Source of the DNA: Paraspadella gotoi
Lineage: Eukaryota; Animalia; Chaetognatha
NCBI GenBank assembly: GCA_051294375.1
Contig: CM119264.1
Location: 31,252,135 to 31,316,134 of the forward strand
DNA length: 64,000 nt
Direction of reading: 5' to 3'
Position numbers and translations under genes: made by a program. A model generated the notes under the pieces. That model did no database searches. It was not told the origin of the DNA and was given only the letters and a program-made list of their open reading frames with translations. How positions within the stretch are numbered: the first letter of the stretch is position 1; every line of letters begins with the position of its first letter. Shown piece by piece: positions 42,801-56,160 of this stretch.

Positions 42801-45800
42801 CCATCCCACCTTAGCAAAAAAGACCAATTACTCGTGATTGGATGGATGGATTTGAATGAAATTTTGTGTGTGGGTAGGGAAGTGTGTGATTGAGCTGGAT
42901 ATGAAGTTTTGATGGAATCATCCGAGTGGAAATGAGTTTAAATGGAAAAAACAAAAAATAAATTTCACCATTTGAACACCAATTGATCATGGGTGGATGG
43001 GGCGATTGACCTTGAATTTGGTATGTGGGTAGGAAAGTGTGTGATTAAGCTGGAAATCAAGTTTCGATGGAATTGTCTTAGTGGAAATGAGTTTAAATGG
43101 AAAAAACTAAAAACCTGTTACACTAATTGATTATGCTTCTTTTTCCTTTTATATCAAATGTAAATGCAGGATGTATTAATTAATCAAATAATTAATCAAT
43201 AAGTCAATTAATTATTAAATAATTAATTAATCAGTCAATAAATCAAGTCAATCATTATCGGCATTATTCTCATCGTTGTCATTGCTTTTGTCGTGGTTAG
43301 TAACGAAAAGACCTAAAAACAAACATTTGGGATAAAATTAATTAATCAATTGCCTAATTAATCAATTAATTAACTGAAATAATTTAATTATTAATTAATT
43401 ACCGATAATGATCGTGGGCAGATCCGACATTGTTTGCTCAAACTCAAACTCAAAATCAAAAATTAAGTTAAAGATTAGATTTTTGAATAAGGTTAAGAAT
43501 TTGGGTTAATGTTTTAGGATTAAAGGTTAAATATTTAAAAAAAATTAAATTGTTGGATAATAGAGCCAGTTTTCTTACTCTCGAAATGGAAGCAGAGACG
43601 ATGCTATCTGGAAAAATGTTAAAAAGAATATTGGCAAAAACATCATCCAATGATTCTTCATTGACGAAAGTTTGATTGACAAATGTAGCGTTGGCGTTGG
43701 CGTTGGCTTCGTCTTGCAGCAACAAAAGGGTCCCTAAACGAGAAAGAAGTTAGAACAATTATTTATTGACAGGGAAGCCAAGTACTTGGTCTCTGAGAGT
43801 GAATAAACTTGAGTGTGAGAGAGACTGGATGGACTAAAATCCACCAACCGTTCATCAGCGGCCATTGGTGCCGGAGGCAAGTCATTCGCCTCCCAACCCA
43901 AAGGTCCGGGGTTCTAGCCCGGTGGCCGCCTAGCAGTTAAGAGGGACGGGGCGCTTAACCCGCCTGTAACACGGTGTTACAGCCTGATCCGAAGCTCAGG
44001 GACTGCTAATATTGAACGGTTCTGTCACTAACACATAACAATAATTACTGTCTCTTCATTGGTGAGCCCGACTTCCAAAAACAACAGCAACAATAACACT
44101 TTCAGGCGACATGCCTCAACCTGGCGATGCACTTTCCGCCAACAACACATCAGGCGACATGCCTCAACTTGGTGACGCACTTTCCACCAACAACAACAAT
44201 TCACTGAGGAGACGCAACAGACTTCTCCCTACGGGAGGGGGGGGTGTATGGTGGACTAAAATTCACCAACCGTTCATCAGCGGTCATTGGTGCTGGAGGC
44301 AAGTCATTCGCCTCCCAACCCAAATGTCCGGGGTTCTAGCCCGGTGGCCGCCTAGCAGTTAAGAGGGACGGGGCGCTTAACCCACCTGTAACACGGTGTT
44401 ACAGCCTGATCCGAAGCTCAGGGACTGCTTATATTGAACGGTTCTGTCACTAACATATAACAATAATTACTGTCTCTTCACTATGAAATTTGTACAACCA
44501 ATATAAAATCATATATTAATTTAATAAATAAGCTATCTTGCCCCTGACATTGGACAGGCTGTGTTGGGTTAGGACCTGTATCACTCTTACAAGATAATAA
44601 CATAGCAGGTCCTTGCAAGCTTTCAATTCAAAATCTCTCTGTATTGTTTATTTACTGCCAGAGTACCTGGCTTCCCTATGTTATTATCTTGTAAGAGTGA
44701 TGGAGGCCTTAAACCACCATAGCCTGTCCAGTAAAACGTAGTAAAAATTCTAAATTCAACTTTCATTAAAATTTTAAAAGTGAGGAACGAACAACATAAT
44801 ACTAATAAACATTTATGTTATAAAAAACTTAATAATAATTTTAAAATTTACTCAGGAGGCCATATTTATACTAGTACTAATCCAATAAATGTTAACATTT
44901 CAAAATAGTTTTTTGTACATAAGATTTTTTTTGAAGATTTGGATTCTGCATGAAAAGTTGATATAAAGAAATATAACTCTTGAGTTATTAGATATAATAA
45001 TAAGTAAACAATTTTTAAGAAAGCAATATATATATATTTAAAGAATATAGATTAAAAGGTAAATCTTTCATAAAATATAAAAATAAAAAAAAAAATAGTG
45101 AAACAAGTAATTAGAAAATTTTTATAAAATAATTTGTTTTTACAAAATAATGTTCACTGATGGTATGTTGTTCATAATTGACTTTTAGAATTTTCGTATG
45201 TAACTTTCACTACGCTCTACTGTCCAGTGTCAATTGAACCAATTACATGACATTAAAATACCATAATCAGATTTCATACATGACATACATCTCACTGTCC
45301 AGTATATACTACTAACCTGATATGAGACCGAGCAGAGTCCCGAATCCATTCGTTAGGAAGATATAGAGGAAAGTGATCAGACCGGTATAATCATTTGACT
45401 TTGGACTTAGACGGGATACGCCTTTTTTTAAAAAGGAAGTATATTAGTTTTTTTTAAATATGATAGATTAGATCTGGAATAAACTAAAACACTTAGACAA
45501 CATAGTTTAAAAATTATTAATAAGTATATCTCACCATCGATTATACTGAAAAGTATGAGGGGTATCATTAGCAAATAAAGAAGACGCAAAAATAATTCGC
45601 CCCAAATTTTGAGCCAAAAAAAGTTGGGTCCCTAAGGGAAACAGTTTAAAATGAAGTTAAAATATATTTTTGATATATGTATGTTTTGAAAATGGTTTCA
45701 TTTAGTTAAATTAAAAATTACTCAAGACGACCCGATAGTAATTATCGGCAACACCAATGATTGTCTCTTCCATCTGCAATGACTGCAATCGTCTCTTTCA

Positions 45801-46197
45801 GCAGCAAAGACTGCAATGACGGCAATAGTCTCTTCTATCAGCAATGACTGCAATGACTAAAATCGTCTCTTCCATCTGTAATGACTGCAATCGTCTCTTT
45901 CATCAGCAATGGCTGCAATCGTCTCTTCCATCTGTAATGACTGCAATGACTGCAATCGTCTCTTCCATCTGCAATGACTGCAATCGTCTCTTCCATCTGC
46001 AAGATTCTGACCTGAAGATCCAGTCGAACGCAACGTAGAGGAAAAGAAGTAACAAAACCAAAGAAAATTCCAGCGAAAATCAAAATTAATTGAAGATTTT
46101 TTTTCGTTTTTTCTTTTAAGTTTTGGACCAAAACTGATATTTTTTGGGTCACTTTCGATCCTCGGTCCATTTTGGTCACTTTCGACCCTCGGTCCAT
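39840..46197 (-). CDS. SLC1/EAAT (dicarboxylate/amino acid:cation symporter) family protein, highly divergent, ~11 exons
   Basis: Exons 46197-46012, 45773-45732 (possible), 45631-45535 (WGELFLRLLYLLMIPLILFSII), 45421-45317, 43733-43579 (NIFPDSIVSA), 42408-42354 (DGANYL), 42264-42097 (GLVTFSLILG...MWTAPVG), 41686-41491 (KQNPIRFF...TAFATQNG), 41057-40863 (LTLP...ITRFALPLCAIMNRDAS), 40475-40350 (DWFL), 40098-39840 (IRIRTVIN). All phases join into one open frame with SLC1 topology. Confidence 0.9.
41195..41488. repeat. ~31-bp minisatellite (aatcacctctccaccaatcaatatccaagcc)n starting at an SLC1 donor
   Basis: About 9 copies. Confidence 0.88.
42623..43445 (+). mobile_element. HINE/DINE-1-like non-autonomous element, family B (full copy)
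   Basis: It has a 5' hairpin tttttagtcggatctgcttatcagcagatcccgac, (GTCC)n, ~150-bp internal core repeats, and a 3' subterminal inverted repeat gcagatccgac followed by tttgctcaaa. Other copies lie at 46248-46910 and 57242-60268, with isolated 3' ends at ~12400-12445 and ~61530-61560. Confidence 0.7.
43830..44480 (+). mobile_element. TRIM-type miniature LTR retroelement with a tRNA-like sequence in each LTR
   Basis: Near-identical direct repeats lie at 43830-44058 (5'-truncated by a few nt) and 44245-44480 (TG...CA). A PBS-like tggtgagcccgac is at 44060-44072 and a PPT gggagggggggg at 44233-44244. The internal region is 186 bp and non-coding. Confidence 0.85.
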
Positions 46198-46247
46198 TTT
46201 AAAAGTTCCTTTCGTTGCTGAAATTTTATAAAAGTTTTTTTTTAATA

Positions 46248-46910
46248 TTTTTTTAGACTGATCTGCTTACTGCAAACTCCGGTTCTATAATTTACTTTGT
46301 CGGTCCGTCGGTCCGCCCCCCCAATCTTGTCGGGAATTCAATTTTATCATGTCAGAACATCGAATTATGATAAATTATGCAAAAAAAGATATCCGTCTGT
46401 CCGTCTGTCTGTCCGTCTGTCCTTCCGTCCGTCTCACCTTAGCAAAAAACACCAATTACTCGTGATTTGATGGATGGATTGGAATAAAATGTTGTGTGTG
46501 GTTAGGAAAGTGTGTGATTGAGCTGGAAATTAAGTTTCGATGGAATCGTCCTAGTGGAAATGAGTTAAAATGGAAAAAATAAACAATCTATTTCACTATT
46601 TGATTATGTTTTTTTTAATTTTTATATTAAATGTAAATTCAAGCTGCATTAATTAATTATTGATAAATAAGTAATTAATTAATTATTAATTATTTGTAAT
46701 TAATTAATTAATTAATTAATTTTGTGATCGAGATTGTTGTTTTGTGATTGAGAGGCGAGAAAAAGTGGAAAACGATTTTGACACGAATAAAAAAAAAAAG
46801 AATTAATTAATTAATATTATTTTTTTATTTGTGTCAAAACTAATATATAATAATTAATTAATTATTAATACAAAAAATATCAGCTGTATACCGCTAATGA
46901 TAGTGACTGG
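46248..46910 (+). mobile_element. HINE-like family B copy (diverged)
   Basis: Colinear with 42623-43445. Confidence 0.65.
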
Positions 46911-46918
46911 ACGAGTTG

Positions 46919-46961
<43 letters not shown>

Positions 46962-47145
46962 CTTTTATCTTCGCCTCACGTATTTTTATGTAAATAAAAA
47001 AATTATTATAAACAAGCTAAGCAAAAAAAAAAGAAAGAAACTGGGAGAAATCTGGTTTTTATTACTTTTGGGGCAAAGTTGAGAAACTCGTTTTATCTAT
47101 TTATTAAACAGAAAATCGGTAAAGGCTCTGAGGGATGGAGAGAAC

Positions 47146-47188
<43 letters not shown>

Positions 47189-47299
47189 AAATTGAAATTA
47201 AATTGAATGAACAGTATATGACCCTGTACGTTTACGAGGTCTTTTGTTTTTTCGTTTTAAAATACACTCTGTAAAAGCGTACCAAATGTCACTAGTGAG

Positions 47300-47375
<76 letters not shown>

Positions 47376-47585
47376 TTGAAATATAAAAGGTGCTTGAGCC
47401 AGTGTAAAACACTGGCCTCAAGTTGAGGCCAGTGTTTTACACTGCCTTTAAAAGCTACGTTTTTAGAGGAGAGAGAGCGAGAGAGAGGTTAGGGTTAAAC
47501 CGAGAATTCGTAATAGAAATTAAAGAAAAAATAATTAAGAGAAAAAACTCCCTCCGACTTCAAAAGGGTGAGCCTCTATTAGATC

Positions 47586-48135
47586 TCAGAGCCACGTCGT
47601 CCAGACCTTGTTGCGCAACATGGTGAGAAAAGACCTTTGGAGATACACGTCTTTTATACTGCACAAAGTGAAGAACTGCACGAATCCCTCCTTGCGGCCA
47701 ACCAAGTTTTCAGCACTAACGAAGTCCTCTTCCGCAGCAAGATCCAGGCGAAAACTCATGAATGAAAACAAATGAAAAGAACTAGAGTCTTCACAGCAAT
47801 GCCAAACCCAATGGGCTATCACAATGGCAGAACTGCTGATGGATTTTTTTTTGTGGTCTAAAATCTGCAGAACCTCAGAAAACGTCAAAATAGACCAAAA
47901 GACGGTGAGGCAGCACTCCAAAGGGAGGAGTGGCAAATTGTTGACACACTCCGGATCAAAACCACACACGAGGCATGGCAAAAAGGACGATGCACCACTG
48001 TTAGGGGGCAAACCTTGCGGACCCCTAACGGGTCGATGGGTGGCTGCAGACCAAAGGGGCAGCTTAGAGTCTCGGCGTTGCTCGTATGCCACTAGACGCA
48101 GGCAGCAGGGCGTCAACAGTTTCACTAGCCCAGAG
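47586..48135 (-). mobile_element. Degenerate 3' fragment of a non-LTR retrotransposon ORF2 (L1/Tx1-like Cys-rich C-terminus)
   Basis: LWSAATH...LPP...PCLVCGFDPECVNNL...EC...VFWS...IAHWVWHC resembles the zf-RVT-type C-terminal region. It is an isolated GC-richer block with no splice context. Confidence 0.5.
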
Positions 48136-48937
48136 TCACTACTCTGTAATAATATTATCAAGAGAGAACACAATGGATCAGTAGTCGCTAAGTAAACACG
48201 AAGAAAGTATAAGTACCCAACACCTCTGCTATAAAATATTAATCATTAACTCATGATAGCTGAGGGGAAAAATAGTAATGAATCAATTAAATAATTATCA
48301 ATGGCGAAAGAATGAATAATCAAATGAATCTTTAATTTAAATAAGACAATCAATGAATGAATTAAATCCACAAATGTTTATACGGAATTTCCACAAAGTT
48401 CCAATCGAGATTCCACAAGAGTTGTTCCTGACACTGCTACCACTACCAATTCAATTTAAAGTATTTTTTTAAAAAATTATTATTTTGATCAAGTTATAAT
48501 ATGTAATATATGATATTCTTACTACCGTAACTACAGTATCAGCGAGTTTCGGTATCTTTCTGTTTGTCAAAAGTCAAAACTATATTTTTCGAATTAAACT
48601 ATTACATAATCTATTTGAATCCCCGAAATTTAACTCGAGTTATTTTCCCTGAACCCACCATTTCATTTTAAATTCAGAATTAGCATTAATTATTTGAAAA
48701 TAAACATTAGGTTGGAAGATTACGGTTTAAGATAGTTATTCTTGTCAGCGGTTAGGATTTAGGGGTTAATGCTAGAATTTAAACAGGGATTAAGTATTGG
48801 CTTTCAAGTTTAACAGTATGTTTAGTTTAAATATTAAGATTAAAATAAATTAATTTATTAAAATAAATAAATAAATAAATAAATATTAAAATAAATTAGT
48901 TTAAATATTAAGATTAAAATAAATTAATTTATTAAAA

Positions 48938-48969
<32 letters not shown>

Positions 48970-49159
48970 AAATAAATAAATATTAAAATAAATTAGTTTA
49001 AATATTAAGATTAAAATAAAACTTGGATAAAAAGCGCTTTTTAAAAAACGAGCGTGTTGAGAACTGGCGTGTTCTCCACATTATTTTTTTCCAGGTCCGC
49101 CATTAAAGTCCGTGAACAACGGGTTCGGTGAGGGGTGTTGACAACTTTATATACTTATA

Positions 49160-49610
49160 AGCCCCTCGCGTCAACAGCTCTAATTCACAACCCCTGCGTC
49201 AACAGCTCTATTCACCCTGCGTCAACAGCTCTATTCACCCCTGCGTCAACAGCTCTATTCACCCCTGCGTCAACAGCTCTATTCACCCCTGCGTCAACAG
49301 CTCTATTCATCCCCTGCGTCAACAGCTCTATTCTACCCCTGCGTCAACAGCTCTATTCACCCCTGCGTCAACAGCTCTATTTCACCCTGCGTCAACAGCT
49401 CTATTCACCCCTGCGTCAACAGCTCTATTCTCCCCTGCGTCAACAGCTCTATTCACCCCTGCGTCAACAGCTCTATTCACCCCTGCGTCAACAGCTCTAT
49501 TCACCCCTGCGTCAACAGCTCTATTCTCCCCTGCGTCAACAGCTCTATTCATCCCCTGCAGTCAACAGCTCTATTCACCCCTGCGTCAACAGCTCTATTC
49601 ACCCCTGCGC
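49160..49610. repeat. 24-bp minisatellite (cccctgcgtcaacagctctattca)n, copy 1
   Basis: About 18 copies. Confidence 0.95.
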
Positions 49611-49651
49611 TTCGTCAACCAAGACTTGCATTAAGTCATTCACCTGGCAAA

Positions 49652-49686
<35 letters not shown>

Positions 49687-51422
49687 GATTCCAGGAAGGA
49701 AACGTCGCCCCATTTTCTTTTTCATTCTTTCTTTTCATTTCGTTTTCTTTCTTTGTTTTTTCTTCTCTTTTGTTTCGTCCTTTGTTTCGTCTTCTCATTC
49801 TCTCTCTTTGCGAATCAGAAGCGCAGATCCAAAACCATAATTTTTTTTAATTCATGAGACATTTTCGGGTTTTTTTTTTTTTTTGTGGGAAGTTTTGAGT
49901 TTTTTGAGTTTTACTTTTTAGTACATAGTTTTGCGTTTCAGTTTAATTTTATTCTAGCTTTATTTATTTATTTTTTAGTAAAGGTTTTTATTTGGTTTTA
50001 AATTGTCTAAAGATCTAATTTTCTTTAAAATTAAAATCTTTTTAGCTCAGAATTTAAAGCTTTTTTTAAATCGATGAAATTCATATTTTCGGAATATGTG
50101 TATCCTTTTGTAATCGAAGAGTGAAGATCACTAATGGGACCTAGTGAATAAGTATAGTGGAAATTATAACAAGTATCATAAAAGTATAAAAACATTGTTA
50201 TCATTTTATTAATTTAAAAATTGTCAAATGCTACAACTAATCTACGCCATTTCGTAATTTCAAAAGCAAAATTTTGTCAAAGACGAATCGTGATCTTTTG
50301 TTTATTTCGCCATGAATTTCTCGATGTCGCTGCTAGTTTGCTTTTCATCCTCGTTCGCCGCAAACGAACAGAGGACATCGCGCCCCGACTTTTTTTTAAT
50401 TCATGCTCATGTATTCTATCAGCTGTTATTCGAAGCGTAGACGGGCGCGGAGGGAGAAAGAGGCAGCGGGAAACATGATCCCTTGGGACATTAGAGAGAG
50501 AATTAAAGAGGAAAAGAGGGGTTAAAGAGGAAAAGAGAAGAGTAGAAAAGATGGGAGAAAGAGAGGAAAGGGAGAATGACGGTAGACTGATAGATAGTGA
50601 GGGAGTAAAATATTGAAAGAGAAAAGTAGAGGAATTTAAAAGTAAACTATTCTAAATTATTTATGTATTACTGAAAAGAGAAAGAGAAAAAGAGAAAAAA
50701 GAGGAAAATAGAAAGAAAGAAAGAAAAAAGAATAAAAGAGAGAAAAGAGAAAGAAAGAAATGATAATGGGACAGGAAAAACAATTGAATTTTAAGTCTAC
50801 CTGCTTAAGAGTAGAACATGTTTTTTATGGACTGGGATTTGGGCAACTCTTTTTCTCATATNNNNNNNNNNNNNNNNNNNNNNNNNAGTTCCAATCGAGA
50901 TTCCACAAGAGTTTGTTCCTGACACTGCTACCACTACCAATTCAATTTAAAGTATTTTTTTAAAAAATTATTATTTTGATCAAGTTATAATATGTAATAT
51001 ATGATATTCTTACTACCGTAACTACAGTATCAGCGAGTTTCGGTATCTTTCTGTTTGTCAAAAGTCAAAACTATATTTTTCGAATTAACTATTACATAAT
51101 CTATTTGAATCCCCGAAATTTAACTCGAGTTATTTTCCCTGAACCCACCATTTCATTTTAAATTCAGAATTAGATTAATTATTGAAAATAAACATTAGGT
51201 TGGAGATTACGGTTTAAGATAGTTATTCTTGTCAGGGTTTAGGATTAGGGGTTAATGCTAGAATTTAAACAGGGTTAAGTATTGGCTTTCAAGTTTAACA
51301 GTATGTTTAGTTTAAATATTAAGATTAAAATAAATTAATTTATTAAAATAAATAAATAAATAAATAAATATTAAAATAAATTAGTTTAAATATTAAGATT
51401 AAAATAAATTAATTTATTAAAA

Positions 51423-51461
<39 letters not shown>

Positions 51462-51642
51462 ATATTAAAATAAATTAGTTTAAATATTAAGATTAAAATA
51501 AAACTTGGGATAAAAAGCGCTTTTTAAAAAAACGAGCGTGTTGAGAACTGGCGTGTTCTCCACATTATTTTTTTCCAGGTCCGCCATTAAAGTCCGTGAA
51601 CAACGGGTTCGGTGAGGGTGTTGACAACTTTATATATTATAA

Positions 51643-53706
51643 GCCCCTGCGTCAACAGCTCTATTCACCCCTGCGTCAACAGCTCTATTCTCCCCTTGCG
51701 CTCTAACAGGCTCTATTCACCCCTGCAAGTCAGCCAGGCTCTATTCACCCTGCCGGTCAGACAACGACATCTCAGCTTCGACCCCGCCTGCCCCGGTCAA
51801 CAGCCTCCTATTTCCTCCCTCGCCCTCTCCGTGCCAACCAGCCTCCTACCTTCACCCCGCGGGTGCACGAGCTCTATTCCACCCTCATGCTCACGGTCAA
51901 ACCAGCTCTATTCTACCCCCTGCCCCGTCAACAGCCTCTATCATCAGCCCCCTGCGTCAAACAGCTTCATGCACCCTGCTTATCAACCGCTTCTATCTCA
52001 CCCCTGCAGTCAACCAGCGCCCTATATTCTCCCCTGCCACACACAGTCAGAAGCCTCTTTACCACAGCCGTGTGCGCGACAGTAACCAGCATCTATTCAC
52101 CCCTGCGTCAAACGACACTCTATCTCAACCAGCCCCTGCTCGGTACAACCAGCCTCTCATATCCTCCCCCGACTGCGGGCGACCCCAGCTCAACACAAGA
52201 CGCTTACTACCACTCTCGCCCGCCGGGCAACAGCATCTATTCAGCACGGCCCTTAGCCCAGCGTCCACACAGCATCTTTCACTACACGGCTGACATTCAG
52301 CGCACGGATACGGTTCCAACCAGCCAACCCTCTATCACCACCACCACCCTGCCCCCGTCCTACAGCAGCTCTATTCCTCTCCTGCGATCAACCAGGCTCT
52401 TCTTCACACCTCTGCGCGTTCCAAAAGACTCAGCTCATTCTCCCGCTGCTCGTCAACCAGCTTCTATCTCACCCTGCACCCTGGTCCAGAACAGACTCTA
52501 TTCACCCCCACCCTATCCACTGCCGATACAACACCAGCTCTATACCACACCATGCGCGCTGACGCCTCAACTCACGCCTCTTATTACCACTGCCGACCGT
52601 CAACACCAGCTCTATCACCCCACCCATCGCGCCGAGAGTCAACGCTCGTATTTCACCCTGAGTCAACACCTCTATTTCTCCCCTGAGCGGTCAACCAGCT
52701 CTTTCCTCACCCCGCGTCAAGACAGCTCATTCCTCCCGCTGCTCAGGTCAACAGCTCACACCTGCTGCAACAGCTCTATCACCCCCTCAAGACCACACCC
52801 CGGGTCAACACCAACCCCCGCGCGCAACAGGCCTCCCCGGCCTCAGACGGGCTCTATTCACCCCTGCGTCAACAGCCTATTCCCCCTGCGAATCAACAGC
52901 TCTATCACCCCTGCATGTTCAACATTGCTCTATTCTAACCCCCTGCGTCAACAGCTCTATTCACCCTGGCGTCAGACAGCTCTATTCACCCCTGCGTCAT
53001 ACAGCTCTATTCCCCCTGCTCAAACAGCTTGTTTGACTCCCTGCGCTCAAACAGCTTATTCTCCCGCTTGCGTCAACAGCTCTATTCACCCCCTGCTCAA
53101 CAGCTCTATTCACCCTGACGTCAACAAAGCTCTATTCACCCCTGCGTCAACAGCTCTATTCACCCCTGCGTCAACAGCTCTTATTCACCCCTGCGTCAAC
53201 AGCTCTATTCCCCCTGCGTCAACAGCTCTTTCACCCCTGCCGTCAACAGCTCTATTTCTCCCCTGCGTCAACAGCTCTATTCACCCCTGCGTCAACAGCT
53301 CTATTCACCCCTGCGTCAACAGCTCTATTCACCCCTGCGTCAACAGCTCTATTCACCCTGCGTCAAAGCTCTATATCCCCCTGCGTCAAAGCTCTATTCA
53401 CCCCTGCGTCAACAGCTCTATTCTCCCCTGCGTCAACAAAGCGCTCTATTCACCCCCTGCGTCAACAGCTCTATTCACCCCTGCGTCAACAGCTCTATTC
53501 ACCCCTGCGTCAACAGCTCTATCATCCCCTGCGTCAACAGCTCTATTCTCCCCTGCGTCAACAGCTCTATTCACCCCTGCGTCAACAGCTCTATTTCTCC
53601 CCTACGTCAAACAGTCTAGTCACCCCTTGCGTCAACAGCTCTAATTCTCCCGCTGCGTCAAGCAGCTCTATTCACCCCTGCGTCAACAGCTCTATTCACC
53701 CCTGCG
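51643..53706. repeat. Same 24-bp minisatellite, ~2 kb, heavily noisy in its central part
   Basis: The unit is recognisable throughout, with many insertions. Confidence 0.9.
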
Positions 53707-53748
53707 CTTCGTCAACCAAGACTTGCATTAAGTCATTCACCTGGCAAA

Positions 53749-53783
<35 letters not shown>

Positions 53784-54964
53784 GATTCCAGGAAGGAAAC
53801 GTCGGCCCCATTTTCTTTTTCTTCTTTCTTTTCATTTCGTTTTCTTTCTTTGTTTTTTCTTCTCTTTTGTTTCGTCCTTTGTTTCGTCTTCTCATTCTCT
53901 CTCTTTGCGAATCAGAAGCGCAGATCCAAAACCATAATTTTTTTAATTCATGAGACATTTTCGGGTTTTTTTTTTTTTTTGTGGGAAGTTTTGAGTTTTT
54001 TGAGTTTTTACTTTTTAGTACATAGTTTTGCGTTTCAGTTTAATTTTTATTCTAGCTTTATTTATTTATTTTTTAGTAAAGGTTTTTATTTGGTTTTAAA
54101 TTGTCTAAAGATCTAATTTTCTTTAAAATTAAAATCTTTTTAGCTCAGAATTTAAAGCTTTTTTTAAATCGATGAAATTCATATTTTCGGAATATGTGTA
54201 TCCTTTTGTAATCGAAGAGTGAAGATCACTAATGGGACCTAGTGAAAATTATAGTGGAAATTATAACAGTATCATAAAAGTATAAAAACATTGTTACATT
54301 TTATTAATTTAAAAATTGTCAAATGCTACAACTAATCTAGCCATTTCGTAATTTCAAAAGCAAAATTTTGTCAAAGACGAAATCGTGATCTTTTGTTTAA
54401 TTTCGCCATGAATTTCTCGATGTCGCTGCTAGTTTGCTTTTCATCCTCGTTCGCCGCAAACGAACAGAGGAACATCGCGCCCCGACTTTTTTTTAATTCA
54501 TGCTCATGTATTCTATCAGCTGTTATTCGAAGCGTAGACGGGCGCGGAGGGAGAAAGAGGCAGCGGGAAACATGATCCCTTGGGACATAGAGAAGAGAAT
54601 TAAAGAGGAAAAGAGGGGTTAAAGAGAAAAGAGAAGAGATAGAAAAGATGGGAGAAAGAGAGGAAAGGGAGAATGACGGTAGACTGATAGATAAGTGAGG
54701 GAGTAAAATATTGAAAGAGAAAAGTAGAGGAATTTAAAAGTAAACTATTCTAAATTATTTATGTATTACTGAAAAGAGAAAGAGAAAAAGAGAAAAAGAG
54801 AGAAAAATAGAAAGAAAGAAAGAAAGAAAGAATAAAAGAGAGAAAGAGAGAAAGAAAGAAATGATAATGGGACAGGAAAAACAATTGAATTTTAAGTCTA
54901 CCTGCTTAAGAGTAGAACGATGTTTTTTATGGACTGGGATTTGGGGGCAACTCTTTTCTCATAT

Positions 54965-55068
<104 letters not shown>

Positions 55069-55221
55069 AAGCAGTTATTGCTGGATGGATGTTTCCATAA
55101 TGAAGGAGCTTATAAGAATCATTAGTCTTTCTTTGCCCCAACATTTTCTAGAAGAAGAATATTTTTTTTTACGAGAAAATATTTTTTTTCGGAAGAAGAA
55201 AAAGAGGGAAGAACCTTTATT

Positions 55222-55254
55222 TTTCTTCTTCTTCTTCTTCTTCTTCTTCTTCTT

Positions 55255-55331
<77 letters not shown>

Positions 55332-55333
55332 TA

Positions 55334-55364
<31 letters not shown>

Positions 55365-55385
55365 AATTATTATTATTTATTATTG
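55222..55385. repeat. Compound (TTC)n(TTA)n microsatellite
   Basis: Direct reading. Confidence 0.95.
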
Positions 55386-55935
55386 TGATAGGTTTCAAAT
55401 AAATTCGATTAAACGGCTCTCTTTTCCGAGGGAGTCCCATTTCTGTTTTAACCTTAATATTTAACCTAAACTAACTCTAAAAACTTTTCTTTAATATTTA
55501 ACCTTAACTTCTAAACATAAACCCTTGTTTGTCAATTTAATTATATTCTATTTATAAATGCCTTATTATGTCATCATTGTGTCATTGTTCATATCACATT
55601 TTACCGCGAAGAAAAAAAATAATAGTACAATTTATACACTCCTAGCAATATAGTGTTTATACGAACTGTTTCAATTGTAAGAAGGAAACTCTCACTTAAG
55701 TATTAAAATACACATTAAAATGTACAAGGAACTGACCGTATTAAACAGTTGTCGTATTTAACAGTTCACTAAATGAAAAGACCAACACTTAGCGAAATAC
55801 AAAAGAGCAAAAATGCTAATTCGGTAATTGTCATTCATACGATTAGAGTAAAAAAGAAAATTAAATAAAATCTCTCATTCCACATTTTTTTTTTAATTTT
55901 TAACTTTATCACTTAAAAAAATCTTTCCCTTATAT

Positions 55936-55976
<41 letters not shown>

Positions 55977-56080
55977 TTCTCTCTCTCTCTCTCTATCGCT
56001 CTCTTCGCTTTTTTTCTCACCAAATTAAATGAAAATAAAAATCAGGAAAAAAGAAATTCTCCGGGACAGAAAACAAAGAG

Positions 56081-56119
<39 letters not shown>

Positions 56120-56160
56120 GAGACGAGAGAGAGAGAGGAGGAGAGAGAGAGAGAGACGTT

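Larger units (their letters stand above)
48397..54964. repeat. Tandem segmental duplication (48397-50861 and 50887-54964) across an N-gap; probably an assembly artefact
   Basis: The copies are near-identical and differ mostly by single-base indels and satellite length. The junction coincides with the N-gap. Confidence 0.85.

Noticed and set aside
43858-43929. Functional tRNA gene
   Set aside because: The anticodon stem does not pair well, the T-loop is non-canonical, and the sequence is embedded in LTR-like repeats.
51863-53644. 593-aa ORF, the longest unexplained ORF in the window
   Set aside because: It lies wholly within the noisy 24-bp satellite, whose unit has no stop codon in any plus frame, and it drifts between the three repeat frames.
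48397-54964. Recent tandem segmental duplication as a biological event
   Set aside because: The junction sits on an N-gap and the differences are mainly single-base indels, which points to overlapping contig ends or haplotypes. Read depth would decide.
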